Source: Bacteroidia bacterium (GTDB taxonomy: Bacteria > Bacteroidota > Bacteroidia > UBA4408). From it: a DNA stretch of 64,000 nt. The notes under the pieces are model-generated. The model had not been told where the DNA came from, made no database searches, and saw only the letters and a program-made list of their open reading frames with translations. This document shows positions 1 to 10,405 of this stretch, one piece after another. Every line of letters starts with the position of its first letter. The first letter of the stretch is position 1. Where the stretch lies: positions 13,889-77,888 of the forward strand of contig JBILPB010000001.1 in the NCBI GenBank assembly GCA_044374175.1. The letters are read 5' to 3'. The position numbers and the translations under genes are program-made.

Positions 1-317
1 AACTTTTAATTCAGGTAGATTTTTACAAATAAATATTTTTTTGATCAATAACTTTTTATGTTGATAAAGACTTAAAGTATCGGGTTCATTATTTTGAATA
101 TTAATAATGTATTTTTCAAATTCTTTTTTAATAGACCCATGAGATATTAAAACCTCTATTCCCGTTGTATCTGACAAACCATCAATAGATATAATGTTAT
201 ATAAACCTCTAAATAGTACGTTGCTATTGGGATTGCTTAAACTTTCATTTATAATCTCTATGCTTGCGCTACATCTAAAAGCACCTAATAAAAGTATAAC
301 AATGGTAATTATTTTCA
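1..317 (-). CDS. Hypothetical secreted protein, partial. The N-terminus is in the window and the C-terminus lies beyond position 1
   Basis: ATG at 315-317 on the minus strand. My translation reads MKIITIVILLLGAFRCSASIEIINESL... and stays open to the window edge. The hydrophobic N-terminus looks like a signal peptide. It is absent from the ORF track because it is truncated. Confidence 0.4.
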
Positions 318-411
318 TGTTAATATTTCATTTTCAAATTGCCTCATTTTCAAATTTTCAAATCAAATAGCTTCATTTGCTTTTTGTTTTCCAACAGCTA
401 ATCAAATTGTT

Positions 412-1329
412 TCATTGCTTCATTGGCACATTGGCAAATTGCTTCATTGAATTCTTCAACAACTTCTCAAACGAAAGCCTTGCCTTGCGCCACCTAAATC
501 TTTCAATATGTCCTAAGGTGTGTATAATATTGGGGATGGTCCAAAAACACTCTACATTAAATCTTTTAATAAAATAATTGTTTTTATTCAAGTAGTTTGA
601 CCCAGGAAAAGTGGAATGAAAATAGTTGTAATTTTTAATGATTAAACTCATTTCCTTTTCACCAACGCTAAACAAGGAATTAAAGGGTGCAGAAAAGTTT
701 TCAACGCTTATATTCAATTGTGATTCAATGCTGTTTTTACTTGTTGTGATCTCTCTGTTTAAAACCTCATTGTCACTTGTATTGGCCTTTAATGTATGAC
801 TCATGGTATGAGAACCAACAAGGTGTCCATTGGCAATAATCTCTTTTAATTCGTTCCAGCTTAAGGCAGTAAAATCTTCAGGTTGCGAGTCAATAAATGG
901 ATTAATTTCATTTCTAATATGGGTAGTATAATATTCTTTTTGTTGGGTGGCTGCTATAAAATCGGGTACAATAAATAGCAATGCTTTTATTTTGTATTTA
1001 TCTAAAATTTGTAGCGCATATTTATTGTTGGATAAGCCATCATCAAAGGTGATCAGCAGCTTTGGCTTTTTACTTTCTAATTTATTGGCATAAAAGTTTT
1101 TAAGATCGTTTGGGCTAATGATAGAAAAATGTGCTTGATAAAAATTAATCTGTTTTTCAAAATTGTCTTTGAATTTTAAGGGCGTAGAATGATAGTTGAG
1201 TACAATTAAATCATGCTTGTTAAGATATCCATTTATTTTAAAAAAGGGCATCTCAATACTTCCTAAAACAGACTTAATTAATTGTGCTTTTGTATGAATA
1301 GATTTGTTGTAGAATTCCATGCTTACCAA
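412..1329 (-). CDS. Polysaccharide deacetylase (NodB/CE4 family)
   Basis: The motif LITFDDGLSNN matches the TFDDG signature of the NodB domain, and a downstream His-containing motif (GSHTMSH) is present. Its start overlaps the stop of the upstream GNAT gene, so the two are likely co-transcribed. Confidence 0.7.
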   Translation of the reverse strand: MVSMEFYNKSIHTKAQLIKSVLGSIEMPFFKINGYLNKHDLIVLNYHSTPLKFKDNFEKQINFYQAHFSIISPNDLKNFYANKLESKKPKLLITFDDGLSNNKYALQILDKYKIKALLFIVPDFIAATQQKEYYTTHIRNEINPFIDSQPEDFTALSWNELKEIIANGHLVGSHTMSHTLKANTSDNEVLNREITTSKNSIESQLNISVENFSAPFNSLFSVGEKEMSLIIKNYNYFHSTFPGSNYLNKNNYFIKRFNVECFWTIPNIIHTLGHIERFRWRKARLSFEKLLKNSMKQFANVPMKQ

Positions 1330-2279
1330 GTATCAATATCGCCTCTGTATAACTCCCAGTTTTTTGGATCACTTAGCTCTTCGTTATTGATATTCATGGG
1401 GTAGGTAATGAAATATATTTGTTTATTATAATCTTTAAAATTCAAAGACTTTATTACATTCAATTGATCGATATTACTACTTTCATTCAATGCTATACTT
1501 ATAATTGTAGCCAGCTTTTTGCTTTTTAATTTTTTATATAATTCGTTTATGGCTTTTCTAATTAATTCTTTATTGTAATCTGTTGCTAAAATATTACCAA
1601 TAATTACTTCCTTTATATAGGTTTTTCTTATTTGAACCTTACAACACAATTGAACTTGTTGATTTTGTTCATTGAATTCATAGTTAAAGTAGTTGACCGG
1701 GTTTTGATATCCTTTTCTCCACGCTACAAAAGCATCATCTTCAGATAATTTAAAAAATTGAGGATTGTAATTGGTGATTAATTTTTTAGCCGTATCAAAT
1801 TGCTTGTATTTCTCTAGTTTTAAGGGCGTCAATACACTAAAAACCGAGGCAAATTTTACATACCACTTTAAGTTAAAAACATTGATCCAGCCTTTTCTAA
1901 GAAAGCTATTCAAAGAAGCATCAACTGGAAAACCAATCAAAAAATCGATGTTTAATTCAGCTTTATTTTCATCAATAAATTTCAACAATTTACTAAAAAT
2001 ACCTTTGCCTCTATGATCTTTGTGAATCAATGAATTTCCTGATTGCAACGATTTATACTTAATATTATTTTTTATTAAAGGCCAGTAAAAAAGCGATTGA
2101 AATCCAATCACTGTTTTATCTTCTAAAGCAACCAGGCGAATGGCATTTTCTCTTTGAAATGGCGCATCATAGAACTGATCAAAAAAAGCAGAAAAATAAC
2201 TCTTGGTTACCTTGTATTCCTCTACAAACAAGTCAACCACTTGTTCCTTCATCCAATCTTCATAAAAGGTAATTACCAT
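1323..2279 (-). CDS. GNAT-family N-acetyltransferase-like protein
   Basis: HRGKGIFSKLLKFI resembles the acetyl-CoA-binding motif A (R/Q-x-x-G-x-G/A) of GNATs. It overlaps the start of the deacetylase gene by 7 nt. Confidence 0.45.
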   Translation of the reverse strand: MVITFYEDWMKEQVVDLFVEEYKVTKSYFSAFFDQFYDAPFQRENAIRLVALEDKTVIGFQSLFYWPLIKNNIKYKSLQSGNSLIHKDHRGKGIFSKLLKFIDENKAELNIDFLIGFPVDASLNSFLRKGWINVFNLKWYVKFASVFSVLTPLKLEKYKQFDTAKKLITNYNPQFFKLSEDDAFVAWRKGYQNPVNYFNYEFNEQNQQVQLCCKVQIRKTYIKEVIIGNILATDYNKELIRKAINELYKKLKSKKLATIISIALNESSNIDQLNVIKSLNFKDYNKQIYFITYPMNINNEELSDPKNWELYRGDIDTW

Positions 2280-2555
2280 ATATTTTTATCTCAAGTTAAA
2301 CTAAATTAGTTTTTTGTAAAATTATAAAACTTATGGCATTTGCAAATAGTAAAACGCATTAATTATGGTTAGCATAACGATTCCTTTTAATTTTATTATC
2401 AAGGCAATATGCCTGTAGTATATACTTTAGAAGCAATATTACTCAATAATTAAAACTATTTTACATCATTAAATTAATCAATGTAAGTCTACAAGGTCAT
2501 AAAAAATGAAATAGAAAACTAACTTTGTAAAATATTAATTGAGGCCTTAATAAAC

Positions 2556-3599
2556 ATGAAATTAGTAGTACTTTACGAAGAATTAGCTGGATATTTTATA
2601 TCGTCCATAGAGCATTTTGCCCAAACTACAAAGATAGAGGTTGTTATTATCCATAAATCATCAAATGCAGTTGCGCCCTTTAAATTAGAAACATCACAAT
2701 ATATACAACTCAAAAACAGGGATGAAATAAGTGAGCAACAATTGTATGATTTTGTAAACAAACTGCAACCTAATTATTTATTTTGTGGTGGATGGGCGCA
2801 TAAACCATACTTAAAAATTTGTAAAAACTTTAAAGGAAAAATTCCGGTTGCCGTAGGATTTGATAACCAATGGATAGGCAATCTTAAACAAAGATTATCG
2901 GCCATTTATGCACAGTTTTATTTTAAAAAACTATTTGATAAAGCCTTTGTACCCGGCACTTTGCAAAAACAATTTGCACAAAAAATAGGCTTTAAAGAAA
3001 AGGATATTTTATTAGGAGCCTACTGTTGCGATTATAATTTATTTTCAGGAATCTATACTAATACCGTAAACAAAAAACAAGAGCATTTTCCAAAGGTATT
3101 TTTATATACAGGAAGGTATTCACAAGAAAAAGGAATTACCGATTTGTGGGATGCTTTTGTTGAATTAGGTGACGATCATGATTGGGAACTGTGGTGTGTT
3201 GGTGTTGGGGCAATTCCTCCCATAAAGCATCCAAAAATAAAACATTTTGGTTTTGTGCAACCTAAAGAATTAGCACCCATCATTGATAAATCTGGTGTTT
3301 TTATTTTACCTAGTCATTTTGAGCCTTGGGGGGTAGTAGTGCATGAATATGCTGCCGCTGGTTTTCCAATTTTATGTGCTACAAAAGTTGGTGCCAGTGA
3401 AGTGTTTTTAGAAAATAATATCAACGGCTTTTCATTTTCACCAGGCAATAAAAGTGAAATCAAAAATGTGCTCAATAAAATCATTCAAATGGAAGAAAGT
3501 AAACTCATCGAAATGAGCATAAAAAGTCATCAAATCTCTACAAAAATTACCAATGAAACTTGGACTGCCACCTTCAAACAGTTGTTTGGTATTAAGTAA
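2556..3599 (+). CDS. Glycosyltransferase, group 1 (GT4 family)
   Basis: The C-terminal region reads EPWGVVVHEYAAAGFPILCATKVGASEV, which is the typical EX7E-type GT1 motif region. It is divergent from the GNAT/deacetylase pair. Confidence 0.75.
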   Translation: MKLVVLYEELAGYFISSIEHFAQTTKIEVVIIHKSSNAVAPFKLETSQYIQLKNRDEISEQQLYDFVNKLQPNYLFCGGWAHKPYLKICKNFKGKIPVAVGFDNQWIGNLKQRLSAIYAQFYFKKLFDKAFVPGTLQKQFAQKIGFKEKDILLGAYCCDYNLFSGIYTNTVNKKQEHFPKVFLYTGRYSQEKGITDLWDAFVELGDDHDWELWCVGVGAIPPIKHPKIKHFGFVQPKELAPIIDKSGVFILPSHFEPWGVVVHEYAAAGFPILCATKVGASEVFLENNINGFSFSPGNKSEIKNVLNKIIQMEESKLIEMSIKSHQISTKITNETWTATFKQLFGIK

Positions 3600-3680
3600 T
3601 GAAATTAAAATACAAACACCATATCATACAAACTCCGACAAACAAAATCTGTTTATCGGAGTTCAATCGTTTGAAACTAA

Positions 3681-5195
3681 TTACTTAGCAATAGTGAAAG
3701 ATTGCGTGTAGTTATTTTTTGCCGAAAGCATGCGAAGTAAATAAACACCATTAGGCAAATCAGTAGTATTCAAAGGCCATGTTTGTATACCTTTTGATGA
3801 AAATTTGCTTTCTTCAAAAATAAGCTGTCCTGTAATATCAAAAACTTGAAGCGACAATTTTTCAACCTCATCTCTATTGAACCTCAAATTTAACTCATTA
3901 CTGGCTGGATTAGGATACAAAGTTACATCCATTTTATGCTGCGTTAGATCTCTTGTTCCTATAGAAATTTGAGGTGTTAAAATGTAAGTTTTATTGGTAC
4001 CGGTAAAGTAACTTGAATTCGTCTCGTTAACACCCATCACCATAATCTTTCCACTGGCGGGCATAAAGGTATATGAAGCATAAAAATACTCTTGCGATGG
4101 CAATGTAAATGTTGAATTAGGATGATACACAGCGCCTGTTGTTAAATCAACAGTTACCACACTTACACGTTGAGGCTCAAAACCTGCATCAAAGCCAATT
4201 AAATAAACAAAATTATCGGCTTTGTTTAAAACAAAATCAGCAAATCCTCCATCAGTAAAGGCATCTGCCAGTGAATCAAGCGTATTTATTTTACTAAATA
4301 ATTTCGTCACTGGGTCAAACTTCAAGAGTGCATATTCTAAGGTTGTAACATTGCGGTAAGCCATCATTAAATAAGAGCCATCATTCATTTTACAATCGTC
4401 CATTGGTCTTGTATAAGTAGAAAATGGAATCCAATCAGGGTCTGATGGGATAAGTTGTGATGATTGAAGACTAAATGAATTAGTTGAAGAAGAATAGTAT
4501 TCAACTGTTGTTTTTACAGCACCACCATAACTTGGCCATCCTGAAGTAACAATAGCTCCTCCGTCTGCCGTTGGAAAAACATTTGGTTGAGCACGTGGGT
4601 CATTCAAAGCCCCTGTTGGCGAAAAGGCATCTAAACCAATATCATAAATCTCTCCGTATGTAGCCCCATTGTTGTTATACCAAGCTCCAACTACCAATAC
4701 TTTCCCATCGGCTAATTGAACACCTGTGTGCTGCATACGTGCCATAGTCATCGATGCTTTTGTTTCAAAGGTGCTTGTTGCAGGGTTGTAAATTTCTGTT
4801 GTAGCATATCCTGGCGCTATGCCAAGGTTCTCGCCACCTCCCATCAATAAAAATCTTCCATCAGATAGCTTAACGGTTGCAGATGCGTCATGTGCCAAGT
4901 TCATCGCTGCTTCAGAAAAAGTATTGGTAACAGGATTATACAAATCAGAATAAGCACAAGAGATAAAATTGGTTTCTCTTCCCTAAAATGAGATCACCTT
5001 CCCATCGTTTAATAAGGTGCTTGTTGGAAATACTTTACCTCGCATCATGGTTGGCCCTACCTCAAATGTAGCTCCGCCTGTTTGTGCATCGGTAAAATTA
5101 GCTGTGAGTGTTCCCATTAAAAACAATAGCACAGTACTTGCTTTAGAAATAATTGTGTAGTAAGTTTTCATCGTTTTTTGAATTTTATTACACAA
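3681..5195 (-). pseudogene. Kelch-repeat secreted protein with T9SS C-terminal sorting domain, interrupted by an in-frame TAG at 4983-4985
   Basis: ORFs 4983..5195 and 3681..4943 share one reading frame (5195-4943 = 252). The joint reads ...LLNDGKVISF*GRETNFISCAYSDLYNPVTNTF.... The upstream piece has a signal peptide and a Kelch-like LLNDGKV motif. The downstream piece has repeated Kelch motifs (DGRFLLMGGG, DGKVLVVGAW) and a CTD ending ...LYPNPASNELNLRF...GVYLLRMLSAKNNYTQSFTIAK. The 'M' shown for the downstream ORF is actually a TTG codon. Confidence 0.5.
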
Positions 5196-5523
5196 AGGTC
5201 GCTGCTTTTACAAAGCGCTACAATGACCAATATCACTAACAATTATGATTAATATCATGCGTAAATTGCATAATTCTTTTAAGGTTTTTTGGTGGGGAAT
5301 TATGGCTATTATTTGTTGTATTTAGCTTGATAGACAATGAAAAGGTTGAAACCTTCTGTAAAAGCTTTTATCTTGGCTTAAATGCAAATCAAAGATGATG
5401 AATATAAATAGTGCAAATTGAAATGTAAACTTTCAATTTGCACTCAAAGCTTTATCGCAACAAAGAAAAGCACCTGCCAAAATATAGCAAGTGCTTTTTA
5501 TAAAATCTATAATGAACTATTAA

Positions 5524-5937
5524 CTAGCAAAAATGATCAAAGGCCATTTTTAAGTTGTCTGCAATCATTTGAGGGCTTCTGCCTTCAATATGATGCCTTT
5601 CTATAAAATGCACCAATTTACCTTCTTTAAATAAAGCAATAGAAGGTGATGATGGAGGATAAGGTAACATAAAATTACGTGCCGAAGCAACAGCCTCAGT
5701 ATCAAATCCTGCAAATACTGTCGTTAATTTTTCTGGTTTTTTGCCATTTTCTAATGATAACTTAACGCCTGGACGTGCCGCGCCTGCTGCACAACCACAT
5801 ACTGAATTTACAAATACTAAAACAGTTCCACTTGTTGCGCTTAATGCTTTTTCAACTGCATCTGCACTGGTTAATTCTTCAAAGCCTACTTGGGTCATTT
5901 CAGCTTTCATTGGGTTTACTAATTGTTCTGGATACAT
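5524..5937 (-). CDS. Bacilliredoxin-like thiol-disulfide oxidoreductase (YphP/YqiW, DUF1094 family)
   Basis: The CGC active-site motif sits in the context VFVNSVCGCAAGAARP, which is characteristic of BrxA/BrxB. The protein is 137 aa. Confidence 0.6.
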   Translation of the reverse strand: MYPEQLVNPMKAEMTQVGFEELTSADAVEKALSATSGTVLVFVNSVCGCAAGAARPGVKLSLENGKKPEKLTTVFAGFDTEAVASARNFMLPYPPSSPSIALFKEGKLVHFIERHHIEGRSPQMIADNLKMAFDHFC

Positions 5938-6017
5938 CTTAAATTCAAAGTCTAAGGTTATTGATTATTTTAATTGATGAATTCATTTCACAAACCATGC
6001 CTTGAAGGTCATGTCTG

Positions 6018-6584
6018 TTAAACTGTCATTATTTCTTTCTCTTTTTGTTCAATATGCTTATCTGCCTTGGCAGAATAATTGTCAATAATGGCCTGAACCT
6101 TTGTTTCAGCAGCTTTCGTCATATCCTCGGGAACACCATCTTTGTTCATTTTCTTTAAAGTTTCATTGGCATCACGTCTTAAACTACGCAAGGTTACTTT
6201 GCAGTTTTCTGCTTCTGCCTTGGCTTTTTTAACCAAATCTTTTCTTCTTTCCTCTGTTAATGGAGGCACCATAATGCGTATTAAAACCCCATCATTTTGT
6301 GGATTAAAACCTAAATTGGCCGCCATAATTGCTTTTTCAATGGGAGTAATACTCGATTTTTCCCAAGGCTGCACCACCAATGTTCTTGCATCAGGTGAGC
6401 TTATGCTTGCCACATTACTAATTGGAACATAAGAACCATAATACTCAACTTGAATACTTTCTAACATAGCCGGATTGGCCTTACCAGCTCTTACCTTTGT
6501 TAATTCCGACTCTAAATGAACAATTGCTTTATTCATTTCTGCCTCAGTATGGTCAAGGCATGCTTTTATTTTTTCTGCGCTCAT
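6018..6584 (-). CDS. frr: Ribosome recycling factor
   Basis: 188 aa. The stretch MVPPLTEERRKDLVKKAKAEAE and the overall charge pattern are typical of RRF. It follows pyrH as in the conserved operon. Confidence 0.9.
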   Translation of the reverse strand: MSAEKIKACLDHTEAEMNKAIVHLESELTKVRAGKANPAMLESIQVEYYGSYVPISNVASISSPDARTLVVQPWEKSSITPIEKAIMAANLGFNPQNDGVLIRIMVPPLTEERRKDLVKKAKAEAENCKVTLRSLRRDANETLKKMNKDGVPEDMTKAAETKVQAIIDNYSAKADKHIEQKEKEIMTV

Positions 6585-6614
6585 ATATCTCTTTTTTATT
6601 AATGCATTACAAAA

Positions 6615-7337
<723 letters not shown>

Positions 7338-7512
7338 TTAAATGAGCCTGTTTGAATATTATTTTTAAGAATTGTTATAAGAATATTTTTTGGCAGTTTA
7401 GGCATGTTTTGCGGTTAATAGCAGAGCACCTCTTAACAAAAAACATAACGACAAATGGCGAAAAATATATTATTACAAAATTAAAGGATAAAATTTAAAC
7501 ATGCTCTAGGTT

Positions 7513-7549
7513 CAAAAAAAAAGAGAGAATTAATTTCTCTCTTTTTCTG
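7513..7549 (-). terminator. Rho-independent terminator downstream of tsf
   Basis: The sequence is aaaaaaaagagagaattaatttctctcttttt. The stem is agagagaa/tttctctc with A-run and T-run flanks, so it could act in both directions. Confidence 0.55.
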
Positions 7550-7563
7550 TTTTGTATATTTTA

Positions 7564-8400
7564 TTAACCTAAGGCTACTCTTTTAAATCCTGTAGCAGTA
7601 AGGCCTTTTTCGCTGTCGTTCATGTATTGAGCAACAGTTTTTTTATTGTCTTTTATAAAGTCTTGGTTTAACAAGGTACTTTCTTTATAGAACTTGTTTA
7701 ATTTACCCATAGCTATTTTTTCAAGCATTTCTTCTGGCTTACCTTCAGCTCTTGCTTGTTCTTTACCTATTTCAATTTCACGTTCTAATATAGAAGCATC
7801 AACTTGGTCTTTATCTAAAGCTACTGGAGCCATCGCTGCAGCTTGCATAGCCACATCACGCATTACTTGCTCATCAGCTTTTTTGTTGAAGCCAACAATA
7901 GTAGCTACTCTGTTTCCTGGATGATTATAAACTGTTACACATTCAGCAGCAACAAATTCGTATTTACCTAATTCTATCTTTTCACCAATTTTACCTACGT
8001 AATCAGTAATATTTTCAGCAATTGTTCTTCCATCAATAGTTAATGCTTTAAGTGCATCAATATCAGCAGGCTTGTTTGCCATTGCCATGTCACTAATTTT
8101 ATTAGCGAACGCAGTAAAATCAGCATTAATAGCAACAAAATCTGTTTCACAGTTCAATGAAATAATTGCGCCAAATGTTGCATCGGCAGATAATTTAGCA
8201 ATTACATATCCTTCTTTAGCTTCACGATCGCCACGGTTTGCAGCAACTTTCTGACCTTTTTTTCTTAGGATATCAACCGCCTTTTCGAAATCGCCTTCGG
8301 CCTCAGTTAAGGCTTTTTTGCAATCCATCATTCCAGCACCTGTTTGTGTGCGTAATTTATTTACATCGGCTGCAGTAATATTCACAGTAGTTGATGACAT
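7564..8400 (-). CDS. tsf: Elongation factor Ts
   Basis: The N-terminus reads AADVNKLRTQTGAGMMDCKKAL, which is the UBA-like EF-Ts signature. 278 aa. Confidence 0.9.
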   Translation of the reverse strand: MSSTTVNITAADVNKLRTQTGAGMMDCKKALTEAEGDFEKAVDILRKKGQKVAANRGDREAKEGYVIAKLSADATFGAIISLNCETDFVAINADFTAFANKISDMAMANKPADIDALKALTIDGRTIAENITDYVGKIGEKIELGKYEFVAAECVTVYNHPGNRVATIVGFNKKADEQVMRDVAMQAAAMAPVALDKDQVDASILEREIEIGKEQARAEGKPEEMLEKIAMGKLNKFYKESTLLNQDFIKDNKKTVAQYMNDSEKGLTATGFKRVALG

Positions 8401-8421
8401 GTTATTTATTGTATTATTAAA

Positions 8422-9225
8422 TTATGATTTTCTTGTTCTTTTGCCTTTACGGTCTCCTTCTTCAGCTGGAGTTTCGGCTACTGCCGCTACTTCCATTTGC
8501 TCTTTATCAGCACTTTCGTCATCTTTATCCTTGTCTACTTTTCTTTCAGAAAGTCCTTCTTGAATTGCTTTGACAACAGATTCCATAATTACCTGAACCG
8601 ATTTTGCTGCATCATCATTCGCTGGAATAGCATAATCAACAATGTTTGGATTTGAGTTGGTGTCAACAATAGCAAAAGTAGGAATGTTTAATCTGCGAGC
8701 TTCAGCTACTGCGATATGTTCTTTGCTGATATCAACAATAAACAATGCAGCAGGAAGTCTAGATAAATCAGATACAGAACCTAAAGTTTTTTCTAATTTT
8801 TCTCTTTCTCTAGAAATCAACAAGCGCTCTTTTTTGTTGATATTTTCCCATGTTCCATCAGTGGCCATTCTATCGATGGTCCCCATTTTTTTAATGGCTT
8901 TACGAATCGTAGCAAAGTTAGTTAACATTCCACCTGGCCATCTTTCGGTAACATAAGGCATGTTAATGTTTTTTACTGTGCTAGCAACCACATCTTTAGC
9001 TTGCTTTTTTGTTGCAACAAACATGATTTTTTTACCAGACTTAGCAATTTGCTTTAAAGCCTCGCAAGCCTCATCTAATTTAGCTACAGTTTTATTTAGG
9101 TCGATAATATGAATACCGTTTTTTTCCATAAAAATGTATGGAGCCATAGCAGGATTCCACTTGCGGGTAAGGTGACCAAAATGAACACCAGCTTCTAAAA
9201 GGTCGTTATAATTTGCTCTTGACAT
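8422..9225 (-). CDS. rpsB: 30S ribosomal protein S2
   Basis: LEAGVHFGHLTRKWNPAMAPYIF is present, followed by a C-terminal charged tail. It is adjacent to tsf. Confidence 0.9.
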   Translation of the reverse strand: MSRANYNDLLEAGVHFGHLTRKWNPAMAPYIFMEKNGIHIIDLNKTVAKLDEACEALKQIAKSGKKIMFVATKKQAKDVVASTVKNINMPYVTERWPGGMLTNFATIRKAIKKMGTIDRMATDGTWENINKKERLLISREREKLEKTLGSVSDLSRLPAALFIVDISKEHIAVAEARRLNIPTFAIVDTNSNPNIVDYAIPANDDAAKSVQVIMESVVKAIQEGLSERKVDKDKDDESADKEQMEVAAVAETPAEEGDRKGKRTRKS

Positions 9226-9270
9226 GAGTTAATTTGAAATTTCTTGATTAAAAAATAATTGTAAATAAGA

Positions 9271-9657
9271 TTAACGCTTGCTGAATTGGAATCTCTTACG
9301 AGCTTTCTTTTGACCAGGCTTTTTACGTTCAACCATTTTAGGATTACGAGTTAATAAACCTAAAGGCTTTAACGTTAAACGATGCTCAGCATTAATTTCA
9401 ACCAAAGCTCTAGAGATTGCTAATCTGGCGGCCTCAGCTTGTCCTGTAATTCCTCCGCCATCAACATTAACTTTAACATCATAGTTCCCTGAAATGTTAC
9501 AGGCAGTAAAAGGTTGTACTACTTTTGACTGAAGCGGGCCAGTTTTAAAGTATTCTTTGTAGTCTTTATTGTTAACTGTAATTACACCGCTTCCAGATTG
9601 CACATATACACGTGCTACAGCAGTTTTTCTTCTACCAATGGTATTTGTTACTTCCAT
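9271..9657 (-). CDS. rpsI: 30S ribosomal protein S9
   Basis: GGGITGQAEAARLAISRAL is present and the protein ends with the basic tail ...KKARKRFQFSKR. Confidence 0.9.
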   Translation of the reverse strand: MEVTNTIGRRKTAVARVYVQSGSGVITVNNKDYKEYFKTGPLQSKVVQPFTACNISGNYDVKVNVDGGGITGQAEAARLAISRALVEINAEHRLTLKPLGLLTRNPKMVERKKPGQKKARKRFQFSKR

Positions 9658-9662
9658 TTTGC

Positions 9663-10118
9663 TTATTTAATAGTGTTAAGTTTAACCAATGTTGGTTTTT
9701 GAGCTTCGTGCGGATGCTCAGTTCCTGCATAAACAAATAAGTTACGCTCTAAAGCACTTCCTAATTTTGTTTTAGGAATCATACCATGCACAGCTTTTGT
9801 GATTACTCTTGTTGGGTGTTTTGCCAATACCTCTGCAGGTGTAGCAAATCTTTGACCACCTGGATAACCAGTATATCTTACATATTGCTTATCGGTTAAT
9901 TTATTACCGGTAAGTTTTACTTTTTCAGCATTGATAATAATTACGTTATCACCGCAATCAACGTGCGGAGTATATTCTGGCTTATTTTTACCACGTAATA
10001 TTTTTGCAACTTTTGATGATAAACGACCTAAAACTTCATTTTCAGCGTCTATTAGAATCCATTGCTTATTTACTGTTGCCCTATTGGCAGAAACGGTTTT
10101 GTAACTTAAACTATCCAC
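9663..10118 (-). CDS. rplM: 50S ribosomal protein L13
   Basis: WILIDAENEVLGRLSSKVAKILRGKNKPEYTPHVDCGD is typical of L13. It lies upstream of rpsI as in the conserved operon. Confidence 0.9.
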   Translation of the reverse strand: MDSLSYKTVSANRATVNKQWILIDAENEVLGRLSSKVAKILRGKNKPEYTPHVDCGDNVIIINAEKVKLTGNKLTDKQYVRYTGYPGGQRFATPAEVLAKHPTRVITKAVHGMIPKTKLGSALERNLFVYAGTEHPHEAQKPTLVKLNTIK

Positions 10119-10159
10119 TTTTTTCTATGTTTAAATGTTTTACTTCCTCAAAAAGAGGG

Positions 10160-10200
10160 GTGCAAATGTAAAAACAATTTTTGTTTTGACCAAAATTTTG
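10160..10200 (-). promoter_or_regulatory. Candidate Bacteroidota sigma-A promoter (-7 TAnnTTTG) for the rplM-rpsI-rpsB-tsf operon
   Basis: The plus strand reads caaatgta at 10163-10170, which is TAcaTTTG on the minus strand, about 45 nt upstream of the rplM start. The upstream -33 element is weak. Confidence 0.3.
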
Positions 10201-10405
10201 AACAGTTAATTTGTTGAAAACCCCACTTTTTAGTTAATAAGTCTTAAAGCACACAATATCAACTAGTTACAATAATGATAAAAAATTGGGATTTCTTTGG
10301 ATTTAATCAAATACCTTAAAATTGAACAAATAATCTCCAATTTGAGATAGAACATGAGCTTTAATATTGAATCGCATCAGCAATTTTTAAAATATTGGAT
10401 AGCCT

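Noticed and set aside
4983-4985. Considered a non-canonical amino acid (selenocysteine or pyrrolysine) or a programmed recoding site at the in-frame TAG
   Set aside because: Selenocysteine uses TGA, not TAG. No pyl genes or PYLIS-like context are visible in the window, and pyrrolysine is not known in Bacteroidota. A nonsense mutation or sequencing error is far more likely.
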